DNA from: Collinsella sp.
Lineage (GTDB): Bacteria; Actinomycetota; Coriobacteriia; Coriobacteriales; Coriobacteriaceae
Direction: 5' to 3'
NCBI GenBank assembly: GCA_048203815.1
Contig: DBFBKG010000145.1
Coordinates: 2,220 to 66,219, forward strand
Length of the DNA stretch: 64,000 nucleotides
Shown: positions 1 through 9,210 of the stretch, in pieces
Layout of the letters: each line of letters opens with the position of its first letter
Numbering within the stretch: position 1 is the first letter of the stretch
Notes under the pieces: generated by a model
What the model saw: the letters and a program-made list of their open reading frames with translations, nothing else
Database searches by the model: none
Told to the model about the DNA's origin: nothing
Made by a program: the position numbers and the translations under genes

Positions 1-321
1 GGTGACGTCATCGTGCTAATCTCAAACTCCGGCAAATCGCGCCGACTGAATCGCATGGCAAAAGCGGCTCGCAACTGCGGCGCAACCGTAGTCGTCATCA
101 GCAGCGACAGCAAATCCCCGCTCGCGCGTCTGGCAGACTACACTTTTAATACCGTCAACCACGAGGCGCTGCTGACGACGGGTGACTTTGCGTTCTCCAA
201 GATCAGCGCCACGATGATCATCGAGGTTATCTACAACTTCCTGCTGCCCGAGATTGAAGACGCCCGAGAGCATATCAGCTACTACGAGGAGCTCATCCAG
301 CCCGATAAGGTCGTGGAGTAG
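1..321 (+). CDS. MurR/RpiR-family transcriptional regulator, C-terminal SIS domain (5'-truncated by window edge)
   Basis: Frame open from base 1: GDVIVLISNSGKS...VISSDSKSPLARLADY, the typical SIS signature (ISxSG, SPLAxxAD). Confidence 0.8.
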   Translation, partial: GDVIVLISNSGKSRRLNRMAKAARNCGATVVVISSDSKSPLARLADYTFNTVNHEALLTTGDFAFSKISATMIIEVIYNFLLPEIEDAREHISYYEELIQPDKVVE

Positions 322-349
322 GCGACTTGGGAAGCCGATAGACGCCACT

Positions 350-511
350 CGCCACGAAACCGGCCCATCTACTACGTTTTAACCGTATGGCGCAACCACA
401 TACCGAAAATAGAGAAAACCGCAGGCGTTCTACCTGCGGTTTTCTTTTTGCAATTCTTGGCGTGGTAGCCGATAGCCTGTTAAACGTAGTAGATGGGGCG
501 GTTTCGTGGCG
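350..511. repeat. 162-bp nested palindrome (MITE/REP-like) with a central bidirectional terminator
   Basis: 30-bp inverted repeats at 350-379 and 482-511 (1 mismatch) surround a perfect 13-bp stem 413-425/433-445 followed by a T-tract; lies between convergent genes. Confidence 0.8.
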
Positions 512-542
512 GCCGGATCGGACATGCATGCGGCGGCTCGAC

Positions 543-2171
543 CTAAGCACGCGCCTCTGCAAGCATCTGCCTAGCATGCGCAAGACTTGCCTCCGATTGG
601 TCGCCGCTAAGCATGCGGGCAATCTCGGCAGTGCGAGCATCCCCAGCCACCTCATCAAGATGCGTCTGGGGAACGTCGCCGAGCTCTTTACTGACCACAT
701 AGTGCTTGTCGGCCATGACCGCAACCTGCGCAAGGTGCGTTACGACGATGACCTGATGCGTAGCGGCAAGATCGGCCAGCACACCAGCAAGAGCACGAGC
801 CGTAGAGCCGCCGACACCGGCATCGACCTCGTCGAATACCAGAGTGTCGACGCCGTCCGCATTGCCGAGGACAACCTTGCTCGCCAGCATGACGCGGCTG
901 AGCTCGCCGCCCGACGCAATGCGGCGCAGGGGACGTGGCGTCAAGCCGGCACCGCTGCGGTATAGCAGCTCGTAGCTCGAAGGACCAACCGGCGTCCACT
1001 CAGCACGGGGAAGATCGCGCGACTCCCAGACGAGCTCGGCACTACCCATCTCCAGGCGAGCCATCTGGCGGCCGACCTCGTGACAGAAGCGCGGGGCCGC
1101 CGTATTGCGAGCGCGCTTAAGCGCCTTGGCGGCAGCAAACAGTTCGCGCTCCGCCGCGCCAAGCGCTTCACGCGCCTTTTTGATCTGTTCATCGCCATCA
1201 TCGACCAGGGACAGCAGCTCTTGCGAGCGATCGCGCATGGCAAAAACATCGTCCATGGTGGGACCCCACTGACGCAACAGGCCCTTGAGGTCGGAATACC
1301 GCTCACGCATGCGTGCGAGCTCGCGCGGGTCGAAGGCGACGCCATCGCGATAGGCACGAAGCTCGTTCGCGCAATCCTCAAGGGAAATACAGGCATCCGA
1401 AAGCGCATCGGCAATATCGCCCAGTTTGCGATCGACGGTAGCCATGCGGGAAAGTTCTGCCACGGCGCTGTTCACGGCATCGAGCGCTCCCCCTTCAGAG
1501 GCAAGCGATGCATGGGCATCGTTAGCTGTGGCAACCAGCACCTCGGCATGTTCGGAGCGCGGCAGCAGTTTCTCGAGTTCCTCATACTCGCCCGGTTTGG
1601 GGTCGACCTCGCCGATGCGCTCGAGCGCAAAGCGCGCTTCCTCGACGCGGCTCCCCTGCGCACGCGAGGTCTCTTCGACACGTCGAACCTCCTTAGCGGC
1701 AGCGCGCGAAGCCTTAAAGCAGGCGCGGTAGTGCTCGAGCGCCTCGAGTGCAGGGCGCCCTGCCCAGGCATCGACCATCGCAACATGATGCGCCGGATCG
1801 AGCAAGCGCTGGTGCTCGTGTTGGCCGCACAGATCCATCATCACGCCAACGCGCTCCGAAAGCTCGCGCACACTGGCGATGCGGCCGTCAATCTTCACGC
1901 GGCTGCGGCCCTCGGCAGAAAGACTGCGCTGCACGGTGAAGCCCTCCGTGTCGTGCGGGCCGTCAAACAGGCGTGCCTCGACGCTCGCGAGCGCCTCGCC
2001 CTCGCGCACCGTCGACGAATCCGCGCGCTCGCCCAAAATAAGTTTGAGGGCCGAGAGCAGCGCGGTCTTGCCGGCACCGGTCTCGCCGGTCAGGACAGTC
2101 AGGCCGGCACTCGGCACCAACGTCGCCTCGCGAATGAGTGCAATGTTAGAAACCTGCAGCTCATCGATCAT
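543..2171 (-). CDS. recN: DNA repair protein RecN
   Basis: Walker A GETGAGKT, GQHEHQ Q-loop, SGGELSR signature, FDEVDAGVGG, VTHLAQVA. Confidence 0.97.
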   Translation of the reverse strand: MIDELQVSNIALIREATLVPSAGLTVLTGETGAGKTALLSALKLILGERADSSTVREGEALASVEARLFDGPHDTEGFTVQRSLSAEGRSRVKIDGRIASVRELSERVGVMMDLCGQHEHQRLLDPAHHVAMVDAWAGRPALEALEHYRACFKASRAAAKEVRRVEETSRAQGSRVEEARFALERIGEVDPKPGEYEELEKLLPRSEHAEVLVATANDAHASLASEGGALDAVNSAVAELSRMATVDRKLGDIADALSDACISLEDCANELRAYRDGVAFDPRELARMRERYSDLKGLLRQWGPTMDDVFAMRDRSQELLSLVDDGDEQIKKAREALGAAERELFAAAKALKRARNTAAPRFCHEVGRQMARLEMGSAELVWESRDLPRAEWTPVGPSSYELLYRSGAGLTPRPLRRIASGGELSRVMLASKVVLGNADGVDTLVFDEVDAGVGGSTARALAGVLADLAATHQVIVVTHLAQVAVMADKHYVVSKELGDVPQTHLDEVAGDARTAEIARMLSGDQSEASLAHARQMLAEARA

Positions 2172-3021
2172 GACGGACTCCGTAGAATACGCGGCTCACC
2201 GAGTTATAGAAGCTCTCGGGACCGTAATCGAGAAGCAGCACATCTCCGGGACCGCGACGCACCGCCACGCTCTCAACGGTGCCATCGCAGGTAATAAACT
2301 GTCCATCGATAGCGATCGCCGGAACGCTCGGACGGTCATCAGACATAAAGATTTCGACGACATCACTCGGCGAAGTCAAGAAGGCGCGGGCCTGAATGGT
2401 GTGCGGCGCAATGGGTACGCAGACCATGCCCGTATAGTCAGGGCTCACGATGGGGCCACCGGCGCTGAGCGCGTAACCCGTAGAACCAGTCGCCGTCGAA
2501 ACGACCACGCCGTCGCCACGCAGACGGTCGATATGGTGGCCCGACACCGTGATGTCGAACTCGACCATATCGGACAGCGGACCGCGGGTAAGCGCCATGT
2601 CGTTGAGGGCGAAGGTGCGCACGACATCCTTCGTACCGTCTTCGCGCACGGATACGATATCCGCGGCGATGGTGGCGCGACGGCTCACGTGCAGCTCACC
2701 GGACAGGGCGTCGCTCACGACCTGCAGAATGTCGCGCTCCTCGGGGCTCGCAGCAGTTAAAAAGCCCAGGTGACCATAGGAAAGACCGAGGATAGGAATC
2801 TCGCGATGGTTGAGGATGCGGGCAGCGCGCAGCAACGTACCGTCGCCGCCGAGCGTAATGACCAGATCGGAGCCGTCAATATCAGGCGTGCTTTGAATCT
2901 TCGATCGCTGGTCGGCAGCCCATGCGACCTCATAGCCCTGGCGCGTCAGCCAAAGCTCGAGCATCAGGCCGCTCTCGACCGCCTCTTGCTTGTAGTAATT
3001 GGGAACCAGAAAGACCTTCAT
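2161..3021 (-). CDS. nadK: NAD(+) kinase
   Basis: LGGDGT, GHLGFL, ALND, STATGSTGYALSAGGP motifs; upstream of recN. Confidence 0.95.
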   Translation of the reverse strand: MKVFLVPNYYKQEAVESGLMLELWLTRQGYEVAWAADQRSKIQSTPDIDGSDLVITLGGDGTLLRAARILNHREIPILGLSYGHLGFLTAASPEERDILQVVSDALSGELHVSRRATIAADIVSVREDGTKDVVRTFALNDMALTRGPLSDMVEFDITVSGHHIDRLRGDGVVVSTATGSTGYALSAGGPIVSPDYTGMVCVPIAPHTIQARAFLTSPSDVVEIFMSDDRPSVPAIAIDGQFITCDGTVESVAVRRGPGDVLLLDYGPESFYNSVSRVFYGVRHDR

Positions 3022-3830
3022 AGCGTTGCAGCTTTCTCGCTCAAAACCGATACCTGGGATTGCAGCACGTCTTGCGAGCGGTCGCCAGATTCAAATCTCG
3101 TGCCGTACAGGAAAAACTCAACGTTGCCCTTGGCACCATGAATGGGCGACACGCACACATCGACCGGGAACAGCCCCTTGGCAGCAAAGAGCTCAACCGC
3201 CGCCACGAGCGTATCGCGGCGCACGGCGGGATCGGTCACAATGCCGCCCTCGCCCACCAGCGCCGCCGGAGCTTCAAACTGCGGCTTTACGAGCGTGCAG
3301 AATGCACCCGTAGGCGCCAGGCACGCCAGTACCGCATCGATAATGTTCGCGATGCTGGTAAACGAGACATCACACACAGCCAGGTCGATGGCGCCGGCAT
3401 AGCCAAGCTCAGGCAGCTGCGTCACGTTTGTGCGCTCATGCAGCGTCACGCGATCGTCCTGACGCAACGACCAATCGAACTGGGCGCGACCCACGTCCAC
3501 AGAGACAACAGTCGCAGCTCCGCGCTTGAGCAGGCAATCGGTAAAACCGCCGGTAGAGCAGCCCACATCCAAACAGGCAAGGCCCGTCGGATTGATGCCA
3601 AACGCATCAAGCGCGCCTTCGAGCTTAAGACCGCCGCGGCCAACATAGGGAATACGCCCCTTCACGTGCAGCGGCAGCCCCGGCATCACCTTAAGACCCG
3701 GCGAAGTCAAACGCTCACCGCCACTCGAAACCAAGCCGGCCATAAGAGTGCGAAGGGCATCCGCGCGATCGGCGCAGATGCCCTGTGAAATCAGTTCGTC
3801 ATCGAGACGCACGCGTTTCATGAATGCCAT
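3018..3830 (-). CDS. tlyA: TlyA family rRNA 2'-O-methyltransferase
   Basis: RLD S4 domain, YVGRGGLKL, DVGCSTGGFTD, DVSF, LVKPQFE, GNVEF; start chosen at the TGATG overlap with xseB. Confidence 0.95.
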   Translation of the reverse strand: MAFMKRVRLDDELISQGICADRADALRTLMAGLVSSGGERLTSPGLKVMPGLPLHVKGRIPYVGRGGLKLEGALDAFGINPTGLACLDVGCSTGGFTDCLLKRGAATVVSVDVGRAQFDWSLRQDDRVTLHERTNVTQLPELGYAGAIDLAVCDVSFTSIANIIDAVLACLAPTGAFCTLVKPQFEAPAALVGEGGIVTDPAVRRDTLVAAVELFAAKGLFPVDVCVSPIHGAKGNVEFFLYGTRFESGDRSQDVLQSQVSVLSEKAATL

Positions 3831-4096
3831 CAACCATTCGTATCCGGAGATGCAGCCTGTCTATCTTGGGACTCGTTTGCCGCATCCTCATCGTATTCCT
3901 GCTCGAGCTTGTCGGCCTCACGCGGCGTCAGCTCAAACTTGTCGACCATATCGACCGCACGGGAGCCCAGCTCAATCGCCTCGTCAAACAAATCGAGCGA
4001 ACGCTCCAAGGACGTATCCTTGGAGCGAACGGTGGCGATAATCTGGTCCAGGCGATCCGAGATCTCATCGAAGTTGCGGACGGAACCCTCTGGCAT
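3830..4096 (-). CDS. xseB: Exodeoxyribonuclease VII small subunit
   Basis: FDEISDRLDQII...SLERSLDLFDEAIEL pattern; position between nusB and tlyA. Confidence 0.8.
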   Translation of the reverse strand: MPEGSVRNFDEISDRLDQIIATVRSKDTSLERSLDLFDEAIELGSRAVDMVDKFELTPREADKLEQEYDEDAANESQDRQAASPDTNG

Positions 4097-4098
4097 GG

Positions 4099-4686
4099 CT
4101 ACTCCTCGATGGAGTCGGCCTCGACGGCCTCAGCAGCGTCCGCATCCTCAGCAAGTACACCGACGGCAGCCTGAGCGGCAGCGACCTTGGCGGCCGCCTC
4201 GGCAGCCTGTGCCTCCTCGCGAGCGCGATCCTCGGCCAGCAGCTCTTGGTACAGGTCCTCGCCCGGCAGCTCCTCGCTGCGAGCGATCTTGCCCAACACG
4301 CCGTTGACAAACGATGCGGACTGGTCGGTACCATAAGCCTTAGCAATCTCGACAGCCTCGTTGATGACGATGGCGTCCGAGACCTCCTCGTCGGTGAGGA
4401 AACGCATCTCGTAAACGGCGATACGCAGCAGGTTGCGGTCGGCGCCGGGCATGCGCATAAGATCCCAGTTCTTGGCAACGGCGCGCAGGGCACAGTCGAT
4501 GCGGTCGATATGCTCGTAGGCACCTCGGCACAGCTCCAGAGCATAGGGATCGAGGGGACCCTTCGAGATCAGGAAATCACCCTCGAGGACGCGCTCGAGC
4601 GGGCTGTCCGTGGCCTCGGCCTGGAACAGCAGCTGCAGCGCCTGACTGCGGGCAAGCGTACGCCCGCGATAAACCTTAAGGCTCAA
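4099..4686 (-). CDS. nusB: Transcription antitermination factor NusB (Ala/Glu-rich C-terminal tail)
   Basis: ARSQALQLLFQ, NWDLMRM, DRNLLRIAVYE, INEAVEIAKAYG, FVNGVL. Confidence 0.95.
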   Translation of the reverse strand: MSLKVYRGRTLARSQALQLLFQAEATDSPLERVLEGDFLISKGPLDPYALELCRGAYEHIDRIDCALRAVAKNWDLMRMPGADRNLLRIAVYEMRFLTDEEVSDAIVINEAVEIAKAYGTDQSASFVNGVLGKIARSEELPGEDLYQELLAEDRAREEAQAAEAAAKVAAAQAAVGVLAEDADAAEAVEADSIEE

Positions 4687-4689
4687 AGG

Positions 4690-5052
4690 TTACTCCTTGG
4701 GGAAAACGAGGCCGTCGATGCAAACGTCAACGCGCTCGACCTCAACGCCAACCTGGGCATCGATGGCGGCGACCACGGCAGCGCGAACGGCCTCGGCGAG
4801 TTTCTTGAACGGATAGCCAAAGAACACCACGACGCGCACGGTGAGTGCGAGCTTGTCGCCGACGACCTCGGCCTCGACCGCCGGCTCAGAAGCCGGGGCC
4901 TTGGACGAGAGCATCATGGAGACAAGGTTGGTGGCAAGGTCCTTGACGCCAACGGAGGCGATGCCCTCGACATCGGACACGGCGCGCGAGACGATGGCGG
5001 TCAGAACATCGGGCGAAATCCCGATGCCGTCAATCTTGATTTCCTGGGGCAT
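4690..5052 (-). CDS. Asp23/Gls24 family envelope stress protein
   Basis: ISPDVLTAIV...VEGIA...VERVDVCIDGL; conserved efp-asp23-nusB synteny. Confidence 0.88.
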   Translation of the reverse strand: MPQEIKIDGIGISPDVLTAIVSRAVSDVEGIASVGVKDLATNLVSMMLSSKAPASEPAVEAEVVGDKLALTVRVVVFFGYPFKKLAEAVRAAVVAAIDAQVGVEVERVDVCIDGLVFPKE

Positions 5053-5076
5053 GAGTCCTCCTAGAAGAGTTGGTTG

Positions 5077-5640
5077 CTAGACGCGGGAGACGAACTTGCC
5101 GTCGCGGGTGTCAACCTTGATGACCTCGCCCTCGTTGAGGTACATGGGGACCTGGATGACAGCGCCGGTGTCGATCGTGGCCGGCTTGGTGGAACCCTGG
5201 ACGGTGTCGCCCTTAAAGCCCGGGTCGGTCTGGACGATGGTGGTCTCGATGAACATCGGCGGGGTCACGCCCATGAGCTCATCGTCGGCGAAGAGCAGCT
5301 GGCAGATGTCGTTCTCGCGCAGCCACTTGGAGTTCTCGCCCACCATATCCTCGGGAACGGGAACCTGCTCATAGGACTCGTTGTCCATGAAGATGTAGTC
5401 GGTGCCATCGTTGTAGAGGTACTGGAACTCACGGGTGGTGAGCATGACGCTCTCGAACTTGGTGCCGGCGTTGCAGGTGTTCTCGACGACGCGGCCGCTC
5501 TTGATGTCGCGGGTCTTGTAGCGCACAAACGCGCCGCCCTTGCCCGGCTTGACATGCTGGAACTCGACGATGGTGTAGACCTTGTCCTTGATGCGGAGAC
5601 CGAGGCCGTTCTTGAAGTCGGCGGTAGAGATAGTAGGCAT
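5077..5640 (-). CDS. efp: Elongation factor P
   Basis: HVKPGKGGAFVR, PGFKGDT, KVDTRDG; ATG at 5640 after an AAAGG SD. Confidence 0.97.
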   Translation of the reverse strand: MPTISTADFKNGLGLRIKDKVYTIVEFQHVKPGKGGAFVRYKTRDIKSGRVVENTCNAGTKFESVMLTTREFQYLYNDGTDYIFMDNESYEQVPVPEDMVGENSKWLRENDICQLLFADDELMGVTPPMFIETTIVQTDPGFKGDTVQGSTKPATIDTGAVIQVPMYLNEGEVIKVDTRDGKFVSRV

Positions 5641-5734
5641 AGCGACCTTTCTTGTTATGGGCAGAACGCACAAGCGTCCAAATTACATACGAGCGAAATT
5701 ATACACTTGCAGACGGCGGCTGCGGCGAGCGCAT

Positions 5735-5777
5735 AAAAAGAGAACGCGGGGCGCCCGAATCATTTCGGACGCCCCGC
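5735..5777 (-). terminator. Intrinsic terminator after the M24 peptidase gene
   Basis: GCGGGGCG-CCGAA/TTCGG-CGCCCCGC stem with a T-rich tail on the minus strand. Confidence 0.65.
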
Positions 5778-5800
5778 CCCAAACTATCTACTGAAGTAAA

Positions 5801-6931
5801 CTAGCAGTCGATAACGTGCAGGTCGTGCGGGGTCTTGGTGAAGGGCTCATAGCCGTTCTCGGTGACCACGCCGTAGTCCTCCAGGCGCACGCCGCCCACG
5901 CCGGGCAGGTAGACGCCGGGCTCCATGGTGATAACCGAGCCGACCTCGATGATATTCTTGCTGCGGTTAAAGTTGGGCAGCTCATGGATGTCGATGCCCA
6001 CGCCGTGACCCAAGCCATGGTTATAGTAATCGCCATAGCCGGCATCGCCGATGATCTTCTTGGAGAGCTTGAAGATGTCGTTGCCCTCAACGCCCGGATG
6101 GATGGCGGCGACGCACTCCTCGTGCGTACGGCGCACGAGTGCGTACAGGTCGAGCTGCTCCTGGGTGGGCTCGCCCATCACGACAGTGCGCGTCATGTCG
6201 GAGCGGTAATCGCAATAGCCCGCGCCGTAATCCATAAGAACGAAATCGCCCTTCTCGATCACGCGGTCGCTCGGCACGGCATGCGGGTTGGCGGTGTTGG
6301 GGCCGCTCGCGACGATGGAACCGAAGGCCAGGCTGTCGGCACCGTTGGCGAACATAAAGTTCTCGAGCTCGTTGCGTACCTGCTTCTCGGTCATACCGGG
6401 CTTAATAAAGCCGAGCATGTGCTGGAAGGCGGCATCGGTGATCGACTGCGCATGGCGCATGAGCTCAATCTCCTCGGCGTCCTTGATGGCGCGCATCTTG
6501 CGGATATCGTCGTGCATCAGCGGCAGCATACAGGCGACGGAACGGTCCTCCAGGCCGCGCTGAATACCCTGGTAGAAATTAATCTGCATATCGTCCTCGA
6601 CAGCGCAGACGCGGCATTTGTTGGCCGCGATCTTGCCGGCGACCCAACCGGGGATGGTGCCCTCATCCATGTCGTAGACCCAGGGGCTGCCGGCGGGCGT
6701 GTTCTCCTCAAAGCTGTTGAGGTAGCGCGAGTCGGTGTGGAACAGGCACTGGTCGGCCGTAATAAACGCAGCGTGCGGGAACTCGAAGGTGTAGTCGAAG
6801 ACGCCCTTCACGCCCGTAAGCCAACGAAGGTTGGCCTCGTCGCGCACCACGATGGCGTCGTAGCCACGCTCGACCATCAGGGCACGGACACGCTCGATAC
6901 GACCGGCAGGACCGGCAGCAAACTCAGACAT
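5801..6931 (-). CDS. Xaa-Pro aminopeptidase (M24 family)
   Basis: DSRY N-domain, PHA, MDYG, YRSDMTRT, HGLGHGVG, IHE, TMEPG, GVRLED metal ligands; pepP-efp synteny. Confidence 0.93.
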   Translation of the reverse strand: MSEFAAGPAGRIERVRALMVERGYDAIVVRDEANLRWLTGVKGVFDYTFEFPHAAFITADQCLFHTDSRYLNSFEENTPAGSPWVYDMDEGTIPGWVAGKIAANKCRVCAVEDDMQINFYQGIQRGLEDRSVACMLPLMHDDIRKMRAIKDAEEIELMRHAQSITDAAFQHMLGFIKPGMTEKQVRNELENFMFANGADSLAFGSIVASGPNTANPHAVPSDRVIEKGDFVLMDYGAGYCDYRSDMTRTVVMGEPTQEQLDLYALVRRTHEECVAAIHPGVEGNDIFKLSKKIIGDAGYGDYYNHGLGHGVGIDIHELPNFNRSKNIIEVGSVITMEPGVYLPGVGGVRLEDYGVVTENGYEPFTKTPHDLHVIDC

Positions 6932-7063
6932 GCAGATTCCTTTCTTGTTGTCTCAATATAGACGGGACGGGTCTCAACCGAACGACGGAATCGCATGCGA
7001 TCCGCAACCGATTGAAAACCCGCCCCTCAACATGATACGAAAGACGATGGAAGTCAATAAATC

Positions 7064-8173
7064 TTAGAGAAGTTCTTTACGAGAAGCCAAGTAGGCGTGA
7101 GCATGGCGCTCAAGAACCTCGTCCTCGACGCTCGTTAGGCGAATGGCGCCGAGCGCCGCGGGCAGCGGCAGCATGCTGCGGTTCGAGCGGACAAACTGCT
7201 GTCTGCGGAACTCCTCGATATATGCGGCAGGCTCCAAGTCGAAGGCAAGCTCCTCGATGCCAAAGTCCTCCAGGCAGTCATCGAGATCAAACACATAGTC
7301 GATATCGAAGTCGCAGGCATCGTGTGCTAGGCGCGCCTCAAAGCGCATGCCCTCGGACAACAGCTGGTAGGCAGGGACCTGCGAAGCGGCATCGCCCAAG
7401 CAAGCGCGCAGGGTGCGCTCCCCCGTCTTGCCAAAATCGAGCGCATGGCGAGCGCTCGGGTTCGTGGCCGTCAGCACGTCCTTGCGGGCAGTCTGAGACC
7501 ATTGAACGGCATTGACGAGTGCGACCTCCTCGCCCGCGAGAATCTCGGGGACGGTCTCAGTAAACTGATTCCAGCGGGACTTGCTGCTCGAAAGCATGGT
7601 GCCAACAAGTACCGCATAGCCGAACTTGAGGTCCTCGGGTTCCGCCTCGCGAACAAGGTCGAGATCACACACAACCAAGCCCGGTTCGGGACGGAACGCG
7701 ATAGCGGGAAGCGCATTGGCCAACGAGGCGACGAGCGGCTTCATGGTCGTCGCGACCGTGAGCATGGCGTCGAAGGTCGTCGGCAGCAGCGCGCACTCGG
7801 TTCGGCCACACCACTGGTTGGCGCACCAGCCAACAACCGAACAGGTTGCGGCATCGCCAACAGCGACAACCAGATCGTCGCAGGTGATGCGGTTGGCAGA
7901 CAGGGCGCCAAAGATAGCATCGGCGTCGGCCAGCGTGGCACCAGCAGGCGAAACCTCGAGGACGAGCAGCGACACGGCAAAACCGGCGTCGACCAGCGCA
8001 TGCTCGACGACCTCACCAAAACGCTCGGATGTGGCGTCGTTCCAAACCACCATCGCGCGCTTAGGCTTGCCCACGGCCGAGGCAAACATGCGCGGCAGCT
8101 CATCGAACGCGCCCAATCCGACGCGGACATCGACACTGCGGTTTTGGAAATTGATCAGTTGACGGCGAATCAT
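7064..8173 (-). CDS. 3-dehydroquinate synthase (AroB)-like protein with degenerate active site
   Basis: AroB fold landmarks (DDLVVAVG, LPTT, PGLVVCD, RHALDFG) and position after aroK, but the GGG motif and metal ligands are missing. Confidence 0.75.
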   Translation of the reverse strand: MIRRQLINFQNRSVDVRVGLGAFDELPRMFASAVGKPKRAMVVWNDATSERFGEVVEHALVDAGFAVSLLVLEVSPAGATLADADAIFGALSANRITCDDLVVAVGDAATCSVVGWCANQWCGRTECALLPTTFDAMLTVATTMKPLVASLANALPAIAFRPEPGLVVCDLDLVREAEPEDLKFGYAVLVGTMLSSSKSRWNQFTETVPEILAGEEVALVNAVQWSQTARKDVLTATNPSARHALDFGKTGERTLRACLGDAASQVPAYQLLSEGMRFEARLAHDACDFDIDYVFDLDDCLEDFGIEELAFDLEPAAYIEEFRRQQFVRSNRSMLPLPAALGAIRLTSVEDEVLERHAHAYLASRKELL

Positions 8174-8703
8174 AGCAGTCCACGCTCCAAAAGCATCTCG
8201 GCACAAAGGTAGGAAACGTCCTCGAAGGACTTGTTGCGAATATCAAGGGTAATATCGGCGGCCTGGCGATACAGCGGACGACGATGCTCAAACAGGCGCG
8301 CGGCATGCTCGGGCGAACGGAAATCGGGGCGCGTGTCGGACCGACGAATCTGGCGAATCGAATCCTCGAAGTCGCCCTCGAGGTACACGCACGTACCCAT
8401 TTCGTGCATCAGCTCAATATTCACCGGCGTCTCGACGATACCGCCCCCGCACGAAACCAACAGGCTGCGCTCGCTTTGGAGCGAACGGAGCGCCGAGGTC
8501 TCGAGCTCGCGAAAACGATCCTCGCCCTCGGTCTCAAAAATCTCGGTTACCGACTTGCCGCATCGACGCACAACCAAACGATCGGTATCGATAAAACGCC
8601 GCTTGAACATAGTGCCGACGTTGCGCGCAAGCGTCGATTTGCCCGCGCCCAAAAAGCCGATAAAGAAGATATGGTCGCAGCCGTGTTTGATGTGCTGAGA
8701 CAT
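8170..8703 (-). CDS. aroK: Shikimate kinase
   Basis: GFLGAGKST P-loop, FIDTD, GEDRFRELE, SCGGG, TRP, RRPLY. Confidence 0.93.
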   Translation of the reverse strand: MSQHIKHGCDHIFFIGFLGAGKSTLARNVGTMFKRRFIDTDRLVVRRCGKSVTEIFETEGEDRFRELETSALRSLQSERSLLVSCGGGIVETPVNIELMHEMGTCVYLEGDFEDSIRQIRRSDTRPDFRSPEHAARLFEHRRPLYRQAADITLDIRNKSFEDVSYLCAEMLLERGLL

Positions 8704-8711
8704 GGCGAAAC

Positions 8712-9209
8712 CTATTCCTCGCAGGGAAGGTCGCGCAGGGCCCGGCGCTCAAAGATACGGAAGATCTGCGTGTACCACAGGTCCTGGGTTGCCTGCGGCT
8801 TAACCAGGATAGTATCGACGCCGGCAAAATTGCCGCTCCACACGTCCGTGTAGAGCTGATCACCGATCAGCACCGCCTCGTCGGCCGTGGCGCCGAGGCG
8901 CTTAAGACCCGCCTTGAGGGCAAACGGCGCCGGCTTCATGGCGTGGCTAATGGCCTCGAGTCCCAGCTCGCGTGCAGAGCTCATGACCTGGTCGCGATGC
9001 CAGTTGTTGGACACCATGCACAGCTTAAAGCCTTTGGCGCGGGCGGTATCGAGCCAAGCGGAAACCGCGGCGGGAACCTGCTCGGTGTCGCGCGGCACCA
9101 GGGTGTTATCGCGATCGAGCAGAATGGCGCGTTTGCCGTCGGCCCACAGGGTATCAAGGTCGATGCGATCGACCGAGGCAACGTATCGTTTGGGGCTAAA
9201 AATCCTCAT
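8712..9209 (-). CDS. YqeG family HAD IIIA phosphatase
   Basis: LDRDNTL, VSNN, AMKP, IGDQLYTDV; start at MRIFSP (track ORF is over-extended). Confidence 0.92.
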   Translation of the reverse strand: MRIFSPKRYVASVDRIDLDTLWADGKRAILLDRDNTLVPRDTEQVPAAVSAWLDTARAKGFKLCMVSNNWHRDQVMSSARELGLEAISHAMKPAPFALKAGLKRLGATADEAVLIGDQLYTDVWSGNFAGVDTILVKPQATQDLWYTQIFRIFERRALRDLPCEE

Positions 9210-9210
9210 G

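Noticed and set aside
387..965. 192-aa plus-strand ORF
   Set aside because: Runs through the palindrome/terminator and antisense to recN; not protein-like
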